Positions 28,564 to 42,497 of a DNA stretch of 64,000 nucleotides are shown here, one piece after another. This stretch comes from Octopus sinensis (Eukaryota). The stretch lies in assembly GCF_006345805.1 (NCBI RefSeq), contig NC_043002.1:32922001-32986000 (forward strand), in the 5' to 3' direction. The notes beneath the pieces are model-generated. The model worked only from the letters and a program-made list of their open reading frames with translations, made no database searches and was not told the DNA's origin. Numbering within the stretch: the first letter of the stretch is position 1; each line of letters opens with the position of its first letter. The translations under genes and the position numbers were made by a program.

Positions 28564-31000
28564 GTAAGATAACTGATTTTTCATTTTTGGAATATTTCTA
28601 AAACACGTGTAGAGACTGCCAAAGAGGTAATCTCTATGTGATCACTTAATTTGCTCAAAGTTCTCCTTCACTTCACAATATATTTTCTTAGTTTCAATAA
28701 AATACTATTATTCTCCCGACTGGGACGCTTGGTCTGCTTGGTCAAGGATGATCTGAGTCAAACAATTATAGTTTAGTAGAAAAATAGAGCCGCAATTACT
28801 TGAATTGTTAGAAAATTGGTTGTGCATTGGAGCGATCAGTAATTTACATTACGTACAACTTTATAGTATGTGATGTTAATAGTATCACAGCTATAATTAG
28901 ATACTACAGATACAGTTCCTAGTACTTCTCTAGATTTGTACTTTATTTATTGACCTCGAAAGAATGAAAAGCAAAATTGGCCTCTACAGTATTTGTACTC
29001 CGAGAGGAAAGTGAGTCAAAGCTAATGCCGTAAGGCATTCTATTCGACTCTCTAACGACTCTGTTAATAATACAGCTAAAATAAATAGCAGAAAAGATAG
29101 AGCTTATAAGGCCTGAAATTTCGGGATAGGAGATAATCGATTACATCGACTCCAATGCTTGACAAGTATTATTTACCCCGAAAGGCAAAGTTGACCTCTG
29201 CGGGATTTGAACTTAGAGCGTAAAGTCGGATGCTAACAATTCTGCCAGTTCGCTGCCTTAGCCCAGTATCTAATAACCATGAAAATGGTCAGGCCTTCTA
29301 TATTGGCGTCAGTAATTAGACTGCCCTTGTAGATAATAGGTTGATGGTTCAAGTCCTTGTAGTGGGCCGGCATTTCTTTTATTTTTCCTTTTTTTTTTAT
29401 AAACTGGTGTGTATAATATCCAATGTTTAGTTTTTAATGTAAATTCAACGAACCAACGAAGAAGCTTCTACATAGTCCCTAGGCCTGCCAAAAATAACAT
29501 CTAAATCCCTCTCAAATACCCCCTCGCTACCAAAGAAAAGTACACGTTCATAATATTGTCTAGGGTTCCCATTACATAGGGAAAAGATGAGACTGTCACG
29601 GAAGGGATGCCTTTCATCATAGGCCTGCTCGACATTAAATTAAACAGCAACCGCAACTGAAATTAATCGTGTTAGTTGTTTTAATAAAGGTTGCTATTTA
29701 TCCCCAGGTCAGTCAAGGATGAATAGACCTATGACTAAAGACCTTTTATTTAGACATGATATCCAGGTAGGACCACATTGAGCAATGTATCCTTCTCTTT
29801 TTGAGACGGTAGTGTGTAGTTTAAGGGTAATTTGACAGCTATTTTAACAGATCGAGCGACCGAGTGAAGATGCCTCATAGACTGGGATCATGTAGACCCC
29901 AGTGAGTGGAACGCAGTGTCTGGATAAATCGCACTTGAATATACTCCTTGCTTCGCCTTATATCAACGTTACCTTTACAAAATCCAACAAAATCTGAACT
30001 CTTTATTGCTAATTTCATAAAATCAAAAACAATTCAAAATCTGTTGATCGATGTCTTTGATTATGAAAACTCAGATGAATGGCCGTATTCATTAAAAAAA
30101 TGTGCTTCATATGATAGAAGTATCCATTTCTTTTTTGCCGGTACAAGCTTAATTCGTGTTGCGGTGAAGGTTTAGGGTAATTGAATCGTCCAGCACAGAG
30201 CGTTGTTGCTTTTGTTGTCGTTGATGATGTTGGTTATGCTGTTGCTGTTGACTTCATTCTAAAAAGCCAACTCATGGTCAAACGCGTTCCTTTGACATAA
30301 TATATCCATGTCAAAGAAATTTTGGACATAGTATACCTAGAGCTACAATATCCAATGTGTACTTATTTTTAATGGTAAAGTATGGTTTATTAAGAATTTA
30401 GCTGCTATTTCCAACAGGTCCTTCCTTGGTTTCCGTAAGTTGTTGATGGCGAGGTTGCACACAGGCAGCAGTTCTACATTTCTTTTCTTTCCTTACCATC
30501 AGATGGTACTGACAACTGACTAGTTGAAATTAAGCCGTTGTGGGTCAATAATTCTGATGTTGACGGAACTTGGACTGCTAATTTCTTACTTTATATTTTT
30601 ATGACTGAGAAGATGGAAACCTGTACCCATTATCGTTTTAATGCATATAAAACTGATAAGAGGTGGGTGGAAGTTATTTTCAAACCGGGGTTGTGGCCCG
30701 AATGCATGTAATTGAGTAATGGCACCTGTGATCCAGGTGGTGATGTTAAAACAGGCAACCTATTAAGTGTTCCACCTGAGAAATGTAACGGTTCTATCCT
30801 CGGTCTTCCACACAGTTTTACTCACAAAATATCCTACAAGAATCTTATGTCAGCCGGTGATATAGCAGAAGTTACTTCCCCTATATGTTGTGCAATGGAT
30901 CTGAACTAGGAGCCACTTAGTTAAGAAGTGAATTTCTTAACCACATAAACATGTCTGTGTAATACATATCGAACTCGGCAATTAACGTTCTCCTTAGTTT

Positions 31001-31216
31001 GAGGGGTGATGAAAAGTTCCTGGCTTTAAGGGTGTCGTGAAAGGCCTGGTTGGAGGCCCACCCTTCTGAATTCTTTTACAGGTCTTAGAAAAACTGAAGG
31101 ACCACTGCAATAAGCGTGTGAATTTGAGAGGGGAATATGTTGAATAAAATCATAATTGACTGATCCTTCGGTATTCTGTTTACCCAAAACCAGGAAATTT
31201 TCACCACTCCTTCGTA
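31001..31216 (+). mobile_element. Short mariner deletion derivative (MITE)
   Basis: Imperfect TIRs GAGGGGTGATGAAAAGTTCCTGGCTT / AACCAGGAAATTTTCACCACTCCTTCGTA; internal CNKRVNLRGEYVE* mariner C-terminus. Confidence 0.75.
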
Positions 31217-31419
31217 TATTTCTGGCAGATATCTTATACAACACAGAGAAGTGGAATATAAAATCGACACCAAATATATTCTAGTTTGAAATTTAGAAGG
31301 ATGAAACTAAATCCTCTGGTTCCCTTATGTTTCATAAGGCCGTTCTCTTCACTTCAGATCCTTAAACTATTTTATTTCTGAGAGTTATATAATAATTTCC
31401 CCTGACTTACTTGCCCTAG

Positions 31420-31780
31420 TGAAGGCGCATGGTTCAGTGGCTAGAGCGTCGAGTTCACAATCTCGACGCTCTAACCACAGATAGTGAGTTCGATTCCCGG
31501 ACCGGGCTGGGCTGTGTGTTGTGTTCTTGAGCATGATACTTTATTTCATGTTGCTCAGTTCACTCAGCTGTAGAAACGAGTTGCGATGTCAGTGGTGCCA
31601 AGCTGTATCGGCTTTTGCCTTTCCCTTGCATAACATCAGTGGAGTGGAGTGGAGAGGAAAGACCGCTATGCATGGGCGACAGCTGGTCTTCCATAAACAA
31701 CCTTTCCTGGACTAGTGCCTCGGAGAATAACTTTCTAAGTGCAATGCCATGGTTATTCATGACTGAAGGAGGTCTTTTTC
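31420..31780 (+). mobile_element. tRNA-derived SINE, family D (CORE-like body)
   Basis: GGCGCATGGTTCAGTGGCTAGAGCG (A box), GAGTTCGATTCCC (B box), TGTGTTCTTGAGCA.GA.ACTTTA body. Confidence 0.75.
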
Positions 31781-32496
31781 TTCTACTCTTTACTTCCCCT
31801 AGGCAAACTGTAAAAAGATTCGGTTTCCAGATGTGACCTAAACAGTACGATGAAATACAAGACATACCATCACTATCAAAACTACAGCGTATGCATAGCT
31901 TGTTCAATTTGTAAATTTGTGTGTGTGTGTGTGTGTGTGTGTGTTTATTAGAATTTTTTTTAGAAGGAAGAAGATGGTTTCTAACAAAGAAGCAGAAATT
32001 CCGTCACTGGAGTCTGGATAACAACCGCCATAACTTTTACATATCAAACATTAAAAAGTTTTGCATATTTTTAATTTTCAAGACTGTATGTCTAAAATTC
32101 GTATTTGCCTGAAAATGATATCCCCTCCAAGGTTATCGCTAAGACATTTAATAATATTACCAAGTGCACCAATAATAACTCGTACGAAATATAGTTATAA
32201 TCAGAGTAAAGGTTTCAAAGTAGTTGTCCATAAATATTCTCCTTCTCACTGATTTTGGAAAGAGATATTCACATATACAAGGCGACTAACCTCTATTACA
32301 GTACATAACGTTTATTTTATGACCTACATAACTATTTCAAGTCTGCTATGCTTGTAAATGATAGACATTTTGATGGATATGCATGTATATATGAATGCAT
32401 ATATGCATGTATGCGTATGTACATACATGTGTATTCGTGTACCTTTGTATTACATTCATCTATGTATGCGAGTGTATGTGTGTGTACGTGACGCTG

Positions 32497-32798
32497 TGGA
32501 GGCACATGGCCTAGTGGTTAAAGCAGCGAACTCGTGGTTGAGGTATCGCGGGTTCGAATCTCAGACCGAGTGATGTGTGTGTTTATGAGCGAAACACCTA
32601 AACTACACCCAGCTTCGGCTGAAGGTAATGGCGAACTTCTGCTGACTCTTTCGCCACAACTTTCTCTCACTCTTTCCTCCTGCATCTTGCAGCTCCCCTG
32701 CGACAGACTGGCGTCCCGTCCAGGTGGGGAACCTATACGCCAAGGAAACCGGGAAACCGGCCCTTATGAGCCAGGCATGGCTCGAGAAGGAACAAACA
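32497..32798 (+). mobile_element. tRNA-derived SINE, family C
   Basis: TGGCCTAGTGG A box, GGTTCGAATC B box, CCTGCGACAGACTGGCGTCCCGTCCAGG resembling the V-SINE-type domain. Confidence 0.8.
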
Positions 32799-33001
32799 TG
32801 ACGCTGCGAATGAGAAAAAGCACACTTTGTCATATGTGTATGTCTAGTATGTCTATTCCTAGTTATATGTACATAATACTGTCTACACTGAAACGTTTTA
32901 CATATTCCATAGAACTCATTAAAGACTCATAATTGTAAATTCTTCATTAGCTGTCACATTTTTGGTCCTGTGATTTCTAGTTAAGCTTGTAGATACGTTT
33001 G

Positions 33002-33063
<62 letters not shown>

Positions 33064-33370
33064 TGTATGTATGTATGTATGTATGTATGTATGTATGTAT
33101 GTATGTATGCAAGAATGTATGTAGTTATCAATGAGAAACATTTGATAAGACGAAAATTCATACGAAGCTTGTTGCTATGACTTTTTACATTTCTCTTAAT
33201 GCTTACCTCGATACTATAATCTCCATTGAGCTTAAAATATCTGTAATGACTATATAAACATTTGTCTTAAATGAGCATGCAAAATCTGTGAGTATGTATG
33301 AGCAAGTATGTATATGTGTGCATGGGTGCATGTATATACATACATATATATGCATATATATGTGTATATA

Positions 33371-34024
33371 TGTTTTGCGTTCTTTTCCCATTTCGTATTA
33401 TATATACATACATACATACATACATGTATATATATATATATACTATATATATATATATATAATATATATACATATGTATATGTATATATATATATAATAT
33501 ATATATATATGTATATGTATATGTATATATATATATATATACATATGTATATGTATATATATATATATATATCTATACATATGTGTATTGTATATATTAT
33601 ATATATACATATGTATATGTATATATATATATATATATATACATATGTATATGTATGTTATGTATATATATATATATATATATACATATGTATATGTATA
33701 TGTATATATATATATGTATTATGTATATAATATGATATGTATATATATATATATATATATAATATGTATATGTATATATATATATATATATATGTATATG
33801 TATATATTATGATATGTATAGTATATGTATCGTATAATGTATATGTATATTATATAGTATATGTATATATCTATATGTAATGTATATATATATGTATATG
33901 TAATATATATTATGTATATGTATATATATGTATATGTATATATATGTATATGTATATATATGTATATGTATATATATAATATATACATATTATGTATATA
34001 TATATATATAATATGTATATGTAT

Positions 34025-34055
<31 letters not shown>

Positions 34056-34058
34056 GTA

Positions 34059-34090
<32 letters not shown>

Positions 34091-34271
34091 CATCTACATA
34101 TACATATATACATATACATATATATATATATACATATACATATACATATGTATATATATGTATATGTATATATATATTATTATAATACAAATGTATATAT
34201 ATATTATATATATATACAATATATATATATACATATACATATACATATGTATATTATGTATATGTATATAG

Positions 34272-34312
<41 letters not shown>

Positions 34313-34971
34313 CATAACATATACCCATATACATAGTATATATATGTATATGTATTATATATATATAATATAGTATATATATATATATATATACATATGT
34401 ATAATATATATATATATATATACATATTATATATATAACATTCATATACATATACATAATACCTATACATATAATTATATATTATATATACATATAATAT
34501 ACAATATATATACATATACATATACATATATATATATATATACAATACCATATATATACATATACATATATATATATATATAATATATATACATATACAT
34601 ATACATATATATATATATATAATACATATGTATATGTATATATATATATATATATATACATATGTATATTGTATGTATTGTATATATATATATAGATATA
34701 TACATATGTATATGTATATTGTATATATATATATGTATTATGGATATATATATGTATATGTATATAATATATATATATAGATAAGATGTATATGTATATA
34801 TATATATATATATATGGTATATATATATATGTATATGTATAGGTATATGTATATATATATGTAATTGTATTATTATGTATATGTATATATATATGTATAT
34901 GTATATATATGTATATGTATATATATATATGTATATGTATATATATGTATATGTATTATATATGTATATGT

Positions 34972-35004
<33 letters not shown>

Positions 35005-35039
35005 CATATGTATTGATATATATATATCTATGTATATGT

Positions 35040-35087
<48 letters not shown>

Positions 35088-35316
35088 GATACATATATAT
35101 ATATATACACTATACATACATATTATACATATACATATATATATATATACATTACATATACATATGTATATATATGTATATGTATATATATATATATTAT
35201 ATCTATACATATGTATATATGATATATATATATATATACAATATATATATATAACATTACATATACATATGTAATATATATGTATATGTATATATATATT
35301 ATATAATGTATATATT

Positions 35317-35347
<31 letters not shown>

Positions 35348-35623
35348 CATATGTATATATATGTAAGTATATATATATATTAATATGTATATATATATAT
35401 ATATATAACATATGTATATATAATATATATATTATACATATATATATATCATATAACATATACATATACATATATACATAACATATACATATATATATAT
35501 ATATATTATACATATACAATATATATACTATACATATACATATATATATATATATACATATAATATATATATATACATATACATATATATAATATATATA
35601 TATATACATTATAAACATCACAT

Positions 35624-35657
<34 letters not shown>

Positions 35658-35669
35658 ATATATTATATC

Positions 35670-35705
<36 letters not shown>

Positions 35706-35729
35706 ATATATATATCTATATACATATAC

Positions 35730-35814
<85 letters not shown>

Positions 35815-35892
35815 ATATATATTATATATATATACATGTATGTATGCATGTATTATGTATATATAATACGAAATGGGACAAGAACGCAAAAC
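33371..35892. repeat. 2.5-kb (TA)/(TATG)/(CATA) array bounded by inverted unique ends
   Basis: ATGTTTTGCGTTCTTTTCCCATTTCGTATTATA at left and TATAATACGAAATGGGACAAGAACGCAAAACAT at right. Confidence 0.9.
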
Positions 35893-36622
35893 ATCCGGAC
35901 AGCTAGGTGATACAAAAAGAGACAACAAAACATCCAGATACACGATACAAAGAAAACAAGGTCGGGTCATTGAAAGTTTTCTTTCCTCAGTCAAGCACCA
36001 GATTATCCTCGTAATTTCGGCTGATTATTCTTGAGATTGTATACAAAAACAAGGACGGAAAAACGGACAATGTTACACAAATATAAATACAGTAAAAATA
36101 ACAACAGGACATAACAGGTGTCTTTCGACTAAGGACGAATTGAATGTACACACTGTCGAAAGGCAAGTTACTAGTTACTGCAGTATTTGTCCTGGGACAG
36201 TATCTCTTATGGACTTGTTGATTTAAAAACACAATAAATATCAGAAGCAATAATTTGTCCCAGCAGAGCAACATATGCATTTCGGCCTTTTTGGACCATT
36301 TCAATGGAGCGCGTTCGCAGCCAACCATATAAAGGAAGAAGAAATCGTCGTGCTCAGGGACGTGATCAGCTTGCTTCAGAAAAAGCATTCAATGTTTACG
36401 CTGCTGTGCGTGCATGTGTATGTGTGTGTGCGTGCGTGCGTGAATATGTGTATGTACATGTGTGTGTGTGCGTGTGCAGTACAGTGCGTATCAGATGTTC
36501 TGAAGTAAGTGTAAATATAAAGTTTTACTGTAATTTAAAACGAATGCAAATACGGATTTTTCTGTCCGGCAAAACGAAGATATGACCCTTCTGGTGCATC
36601 CTGAGGAACGGTTTTCCTGACC

Positions 36623-36926
36623 ATAGTCTTTTATATTTGTACAAGTACAAATATATGGGAAACTACCACCTGTATCATCTCTTGTGAAAGGTAGGAGAGT
36701 CCAGTTTGCTGGACATTGTTGTAGAGCTGAAAACGAGGCAATTTCTACTCTTCTCCTCTGGAAGCCATCTACTCGCAATACCAGAGGGCGCACACTCTCC
36801 TACCCTGATGTAATCTCCAGGGATACAGGCATCCAGCAACAGGACCTCCGTAATGCTATGATGGACCGTGAAGTCTGGCGTAGCATAGTAAATTCCATTG
36901 TCTCAACAACGGTCGAACAATGATGA
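36623..36926 (+). mobile_element. 5'-truncated RTE-like LINE 3' end with 10-bp target-site duplication
   Basis: RRVQFAGHCCR...LLWKP...AMMDREVWR, (TGA)n tail, TSD TTTCCTGACC at 36613-36622 and 36927-36936. Confidence 0.85.
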
Positions 36927-38828
36927 TTTCCTGACCGCTCCTCGGGAAAGATGTATCTGGTTTTCTCCTCTAATTGATACCAGACATAATATTTAAATCC
37001 ATTTCAGTTCTGAGTTCATAAATAATTTTGTTGCTCTGTAATTTGCATAAATGGATATTGTTGAATTATCAACGAGCCATCAAGATCACAATTGTTCCGG
37101 GAGGTTAACCATTATGATACTATCATAAAGCATATATAAATTAAATATACATACATACATAGCAATCAGACAAAGAAAGATGAATTATATTCTCACATAA
37201 CTTTGTTCACTCACGAACGTTTCGAATGGCTTAAGGAACGTTCCCACATCATACAGTGGTTTTTCATTCATTCAGTTATTCGTAAAAGAAGTTACCCAAA
37301 CCCCACCCACCACATTTATTCTTTTCAAAGCTTAAAAGTCATTATTGTACATTTTCTGATTCTGTCTCAAGCAAAACTACCCCTATTTATTATACACTTG
37401 CAAAACTACCCCTATTTATTATATACTTGCTAGAGTCACAGTTCTGGAAGGTCAAGCTGTCAACAAGTGTTGAAAGATATTACCTTGTGGGAGCATAACT
37501 TCGAGAAGAATACTGCTAACAACATTATTTACTGGCCGACTTGCAGTATAGATGTGTCTAAACTAATTATAAGAAAAGGGAGCAGTGGAATGTCAGCAGT
37601 CAGCATAGCAACATAATGTAGAATTTATTAGATTGTTATCCGCTTCTGTATTCTTTTTGAGAAATATCAGATTTACTACAGTTAAAATGAATTCAATTAA
37701 ATAAAAATTAAACTAAGGTGTGCTAGGTGCAATAGTTAAGGATACGATTAAATATTAGTGAGAAAAAGAGAATAATACTTGGTATGTTACATTGTTGGTA
37801 AGTTAAGAAGGAAGATGAATGCGTGTCCTCCTCCCCGATAGTTCCAAGATTTATACCACGAGACAGCTAGTCGGGTCTGGCTGCTGAAGTTGAAACTCAC
37901 ACGACTCTGTTATAAGGTAGGTCGAGAGAGGACGCGGGCTAAAACAACGCGCCCTTCTTCTCCATTCGTCAGTAGACTGCGCCACGTGACAGTTGACGCG
38001 AGACCAATAGAATAAGTACCAGACTTAAAATGTGTCTATCTGTATATGTGTATGTGCGTGTATGTATCATGCGTACGTGCATCTTTACGTTCGTTTGTCA
38101 CTCACCTTTTAAAAACCGGTATTGGCTTATTTACGTCCTTCAAACTTTATCAAGAATATAACAGCAGAATAACTACCAAATTTGAAATATGTCCTGGGGT
38201 CGCCCGCTTTGATCGATGAAACCCTTCCAGTTGTGTTGCGTTATGGCCACAATCCATTAACTGAAGCATATAATATAAACACGTACACACACATAAACAC
38301 ACATACACACACAGACATACATAATACACACACATACGCATATATGCACACAGTTGTGTATCTCTAAATGTAAGGGCGTATAGGAATAAGAATAGACACT
38401 ATGTATTTAGAGTTGACAATTATTTCTGCTAACTGTTATCGTTATCCTGTTTGTTCGCGCATACATCCATTTGCATGTTATGACTATTTCATCTGAGTTC
38501 AAACTCCACCGAGGTCGACTTTGCCTTTCATCCTTTCTGGGTCGACTAGACCCCCATCCCGCCAAATTCCTGGCTTTGTGCCTATATTAGTAAGGATTAT
38601 TTCTCTTTCATCTCTGTGCGCATCATTTGCATCCCAGATACCTGAACTGAACTACTACACAAACTTAGGTGTGTGTATATCTGTATATTCATAGTTATAT
38701 GTACACAGACTCTCACAAACTCACACATATTACAAAAATACAGGAATAACAGATGTGAGAGGCAAACACTTTTGCTATTTTCGTGTAAGTTACAGTTATT
38801 TCATTATTCACATCTTTAACTTTGACAG

Positions 38829-38871
<43 letters not shown>

Positions 38872-38897
38872 ATGTTCGCGTTATATACATATATGTA

Positions 38898-39403
38898 TAC
38901 CGTAAATCCTCGAGTATAGTCCGCCCATGAGTATAATACGCAGGGGATTTTTAGGGTGCTGTACCACTGAAAAACCTAAACCTTGTGTATAATACGCACC
39001 CCTTCTCTAACTTGAGTCAAGGAGGTCTATATAACGTTCTTGGTTTGTGAAAATGTATACGGTAATGTCCTTTATTATTATTGTATATATAACATAATGC
39101 AAAAGTGCAGCTTTTTGTGCATTTTGTTTGCAGAAAATAAAGAAATAACAGTAATAACGTTTAATAAATGTTGCTTACTGCAAGTTATGGATGATTCTGT
39201 TATGACTTCATTGCTTTCAGGCTTAGCTTAAGGTATTTTCGCGCCCGACATCACAAAATGAGTCTGAATAAACACTACCGGACAGACTCGGACATTGCTT
39301 AGAAAATATTTTTCATTTTTAACCTCGTATATAGTACGCACTAGGGATTTTGACCTTTAAATTATGGGAAAAAAATGCGGATTATACTCGAGGATTTACG
39401 GTA
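38898..39403. mobile_element. Tc1/mariner-superfamily (pogo/Tc2-like) MITE
   Basis: TA TSDs and 25-bp TIR CCGTAAATCCTCGAGTATA(G/A)TCCGC with one mismatch. Confidence 0.9.
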
Positions 39404-39945
39404 CATGTATATGTGCACACACATTATGCAATATAATCGCATCTTGTATATACTGGACAGACTTCTAGTGTAGAGAACAAAATTCATTTGCATAAACGTG
39501 ATGCAGAGTGGATAAAGTTGTGCATCCAAGTTTGATCAAATAAGTATCAGTAATATGCTGTGATATATTTAACTGACAACTTTCTCCTAAGTTACGTCAT
39601 TCTAAAAATATCAGAAACTATAATTTAGATTCAGAACCCACCAAAAAAAAAACATAGATATAAAATATTTGTTATTTGTTTTAGTGAGTCATTTAATTAT
39701 TTCCTTGTTGCAGAGCGGTGGTCTGACAGAATTGACAGAGTGGAAAACAAAATTCCTTATGGTATTTTGCTACGTTATCTCATATCTTCATTTCAACTTC
39801 CACCGTAGACCAATTAGACTTTCACCTCTTTAGAGTCATTAAAGCGAGAATCACAAGTGTTGATTAAAGTTGACCTCATTTTAATACAAAATGTCTTTCC
39901 TTTTTTAACTCAAAGTTAAAAGTCTTGTTTTCATTTTCATTTCAG

Positions 39946-40049
39946 CGCAGAGAAACTTTGCACGTCGTCAGAGACGGACAAATGTGGAAAGGAAACCTCG
40001 TCAGGCTTATTCTTCAAAACAGCTAGAAAAACTTGAATCAGAGTTTAAG
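39946..40049 (+). CDS. Nedx: Nedx/lms-type homeobox gene, second coding exon (N-terminal arm and helix 1 of the homeodomain)
   Basis: Acceptor TTTTCATTTCAG, donor AAG|GTGAGT; encodes (A)QRNFARRQRRTNVERKPRQAYSSKQLEKLESEFK; RKPRQAYSxxQLExLExEF is the signature I recall for Nedx/Drosophila lms. Confidence 0.88.
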
Positions 40050-41807
40050 GTGAGTGATATTTGAATCAAGAACTGTTTTGTTTTTTTTACTTTTTGTCAG
40101 TTTGGTAACCCCTGTAGTCTGTAATCTAAGAAACACTTAAGTATAACTTGTATTAGTTGTATTCAATATAAAATTTGAAAACAACCCAGTTTTCTCTCCA
40201 CTACTGGATTATCAAAGAAGCGTGTGAATTGTGTATCAAGCAATTTTGTCGTGGCTTTTGTAGATCGCAACATTTTCCACGCAACTCCTGTAGACTGATG
40301 GCTACTCAAGAAAGTAGGTTACTTTAGAATGGAGTCAACTGTTAAGTGAAGACCACATCGCACTGGGTACTTGCATGATGGGAACTCATTAGTGTGAGAC
40401 TAACTGTAGAGTTAGGAGTGTGTTTGGTGAAGATTAACTCAGAGTGAGAATTGCTGTGGAGTGGAATCTGTTACATAATGGAAACTATATCAGAGTGGTT
40501 AACTAAAGAAGATATGATAACATGTTGATCAAGCTAATCAATGAACGATATAAGAGTCTCATCTGTAACCAATTCTTGTGACTTAAACCGCTGACACTGT
40601 TGTGAGAATATGAACTCTAAACAGTCGAGCAGTTCGTCTTTCAAGTCAGAGATCAATCAACTATTAAGAGCCACCTCCAATCATTCAAAATAAAACGTTC
40701 AAGCTTATTTATTAGATTTTCTCTAAATATAGTAAATAAATAAAAATATTGATTTGTTAGTTTATTGGTATTTGAACGGACAAGTATTATTAACCGATCG
40801 ATATATTTGAATTCTATCTTCAACCATTCAGGTGTAACTTAATGAATATTATTTCGGTCTGTGAATCTATACATCTGTGAGAAAATGTTATTTAGTGATA
40901 ACCTTATAGAACGGAAATAGTCAAAACGGATTGATTGAATGCGCTCATATATTTATGTAGCGTAGATTTAAGACGTGTGTTCTACTTGTTCTTGTATACT
41001 AGCTACAGAGAAAAAGCAGGAATACTATTCAAATTTATTAATATACTTCTTTTAAGAAGACCAAGTTTTCTGTTAAGCAATTTTAACCATAAAATCATGC
41101 TACCATGAAACTAAAAATAATCGGTAAAAATAATAATAAACACTAAATTTTAACTTTATTCAATATGGCAATATAGTTCAAAATGTTATAAATATTTATC
41201 TATAGTGCTACATGATAAGATTTCCCCTGTTTCATTATCAATGGTCTACCAGTGGCCTGCCCCTTTAATTGTCAGCTAACATCTTGATTTAAACTTTCCT
41301 TTACCAAATCTCATGATATTGCTTCAAATAAATCTTGATAGTTTTTTATGACTATATCCACTATGATTTCTGTCAACTCCCTCAGCCCCATTCCTAACAG
41401 GCATTGCCCCTTGCGCTTTTGGTCTTAGATATACAAAGATTTGATAAACTAGTCTATAAATTAAAACTGACTCCATAAAACAGTAACAAGCAAAATCTGT
41501 AACAAGTCTTTCTTCCTGATACCTTAATAGCTTCTAAGCTGAAGTGAAGACACCATGTTTTCTGTGTATCTCCTTACCTTCTTGGAGATTTTCGGTAAAA
41601 TTATACAAATGTGTCCATCTGATTTAAATTAATTTAACTCTATATCTTTATGCAACTGAGGATTGCTCTGCATTTAAATTGATGTAATGATTGCATTGTT
41701 CAATTAAATGGAGTTGCGTGAAACGATCGTACTGCATTACTTCTGTATATCCTTGTTGCTTATTTTGATTTATATATATATATGTGTGTGTGTATGTATA
41801 CATACAC

Positions 41808-41866
<59 letters not shown>

Positions 41867-41984
41867 TAGTGAGAGAGAGAGAAGGAAAGATAGAGAGAGA
41901 GAGAGAAAGAAAGCAAGAAAGAAAGAAAGAAGGAAAGAAAGAAATAAAGAAAGAGATGAATATGTATACAACACACACACACAC

Positions 41985-42018
<34 letters not shown>

Positions 42019-42235
42019 ATATATATATATATATTATATATATACAAATTAGTAAATAAATGGCACAACTAAGTACCGATATTTACTGGAAATAGCGAAC
42101 GTAAAATTACGACGCTAATGTGTAGCTTCACCGCGTATGTATTAGCAAAAATGCGTGTGTGCAACAAATTAGAGAAAAAAAACCGTCTTACCTCCAGGGA
42201 GAACATCTGAAAGATGAAACACCCGGAAAAGGATA

Positions 42236-42313
42236 ATGTGGTACCTGCAGGTTTCAGGTTTTACAAGATATGTCTCTAACCCATATTTTGTTTTACCTTC
42301 ATCAGCCAAACAT
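42236..42313 (-). ncRNA. Type I hammerhead ribozyme with intact core, in a probable Penelope-like terminal repeat (~42050-42500)
   Basis: Minus strand: UGG CUGAUGA AGGU...ACCU GAAA CCUGCAGG UA^CCA; stems I, II and III all pair. Confidence 0.8.
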
Positions 42314-42497
42314 ATACCAAGACGAAATCTACGATGTTACCACATTAATACTAACACACTCGACTGAAATGCGGAACGCTAACAGTACGAGAAACGGTGA
42401 AGAAGTTTCAAAATATCAGTAATGCAATACAAAGTATTTTTCCCTCACGGGCTACTTTTTACTGGAAGGCAATACTTTGTATTGCATTACTGATATT

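Noticed and set aside
29292-29372. tRNA-like relic with B box GGTTCAAGTCC and T-run
   Set aside because: No recognisable A box, D arm or anticodon arm; too decayed to call
32497-32570. Possible functional tRNA gene
   Set aside because: tRNA-like head continues into a SINE body with a related copy at 1880-2101; acceptor stem does not close
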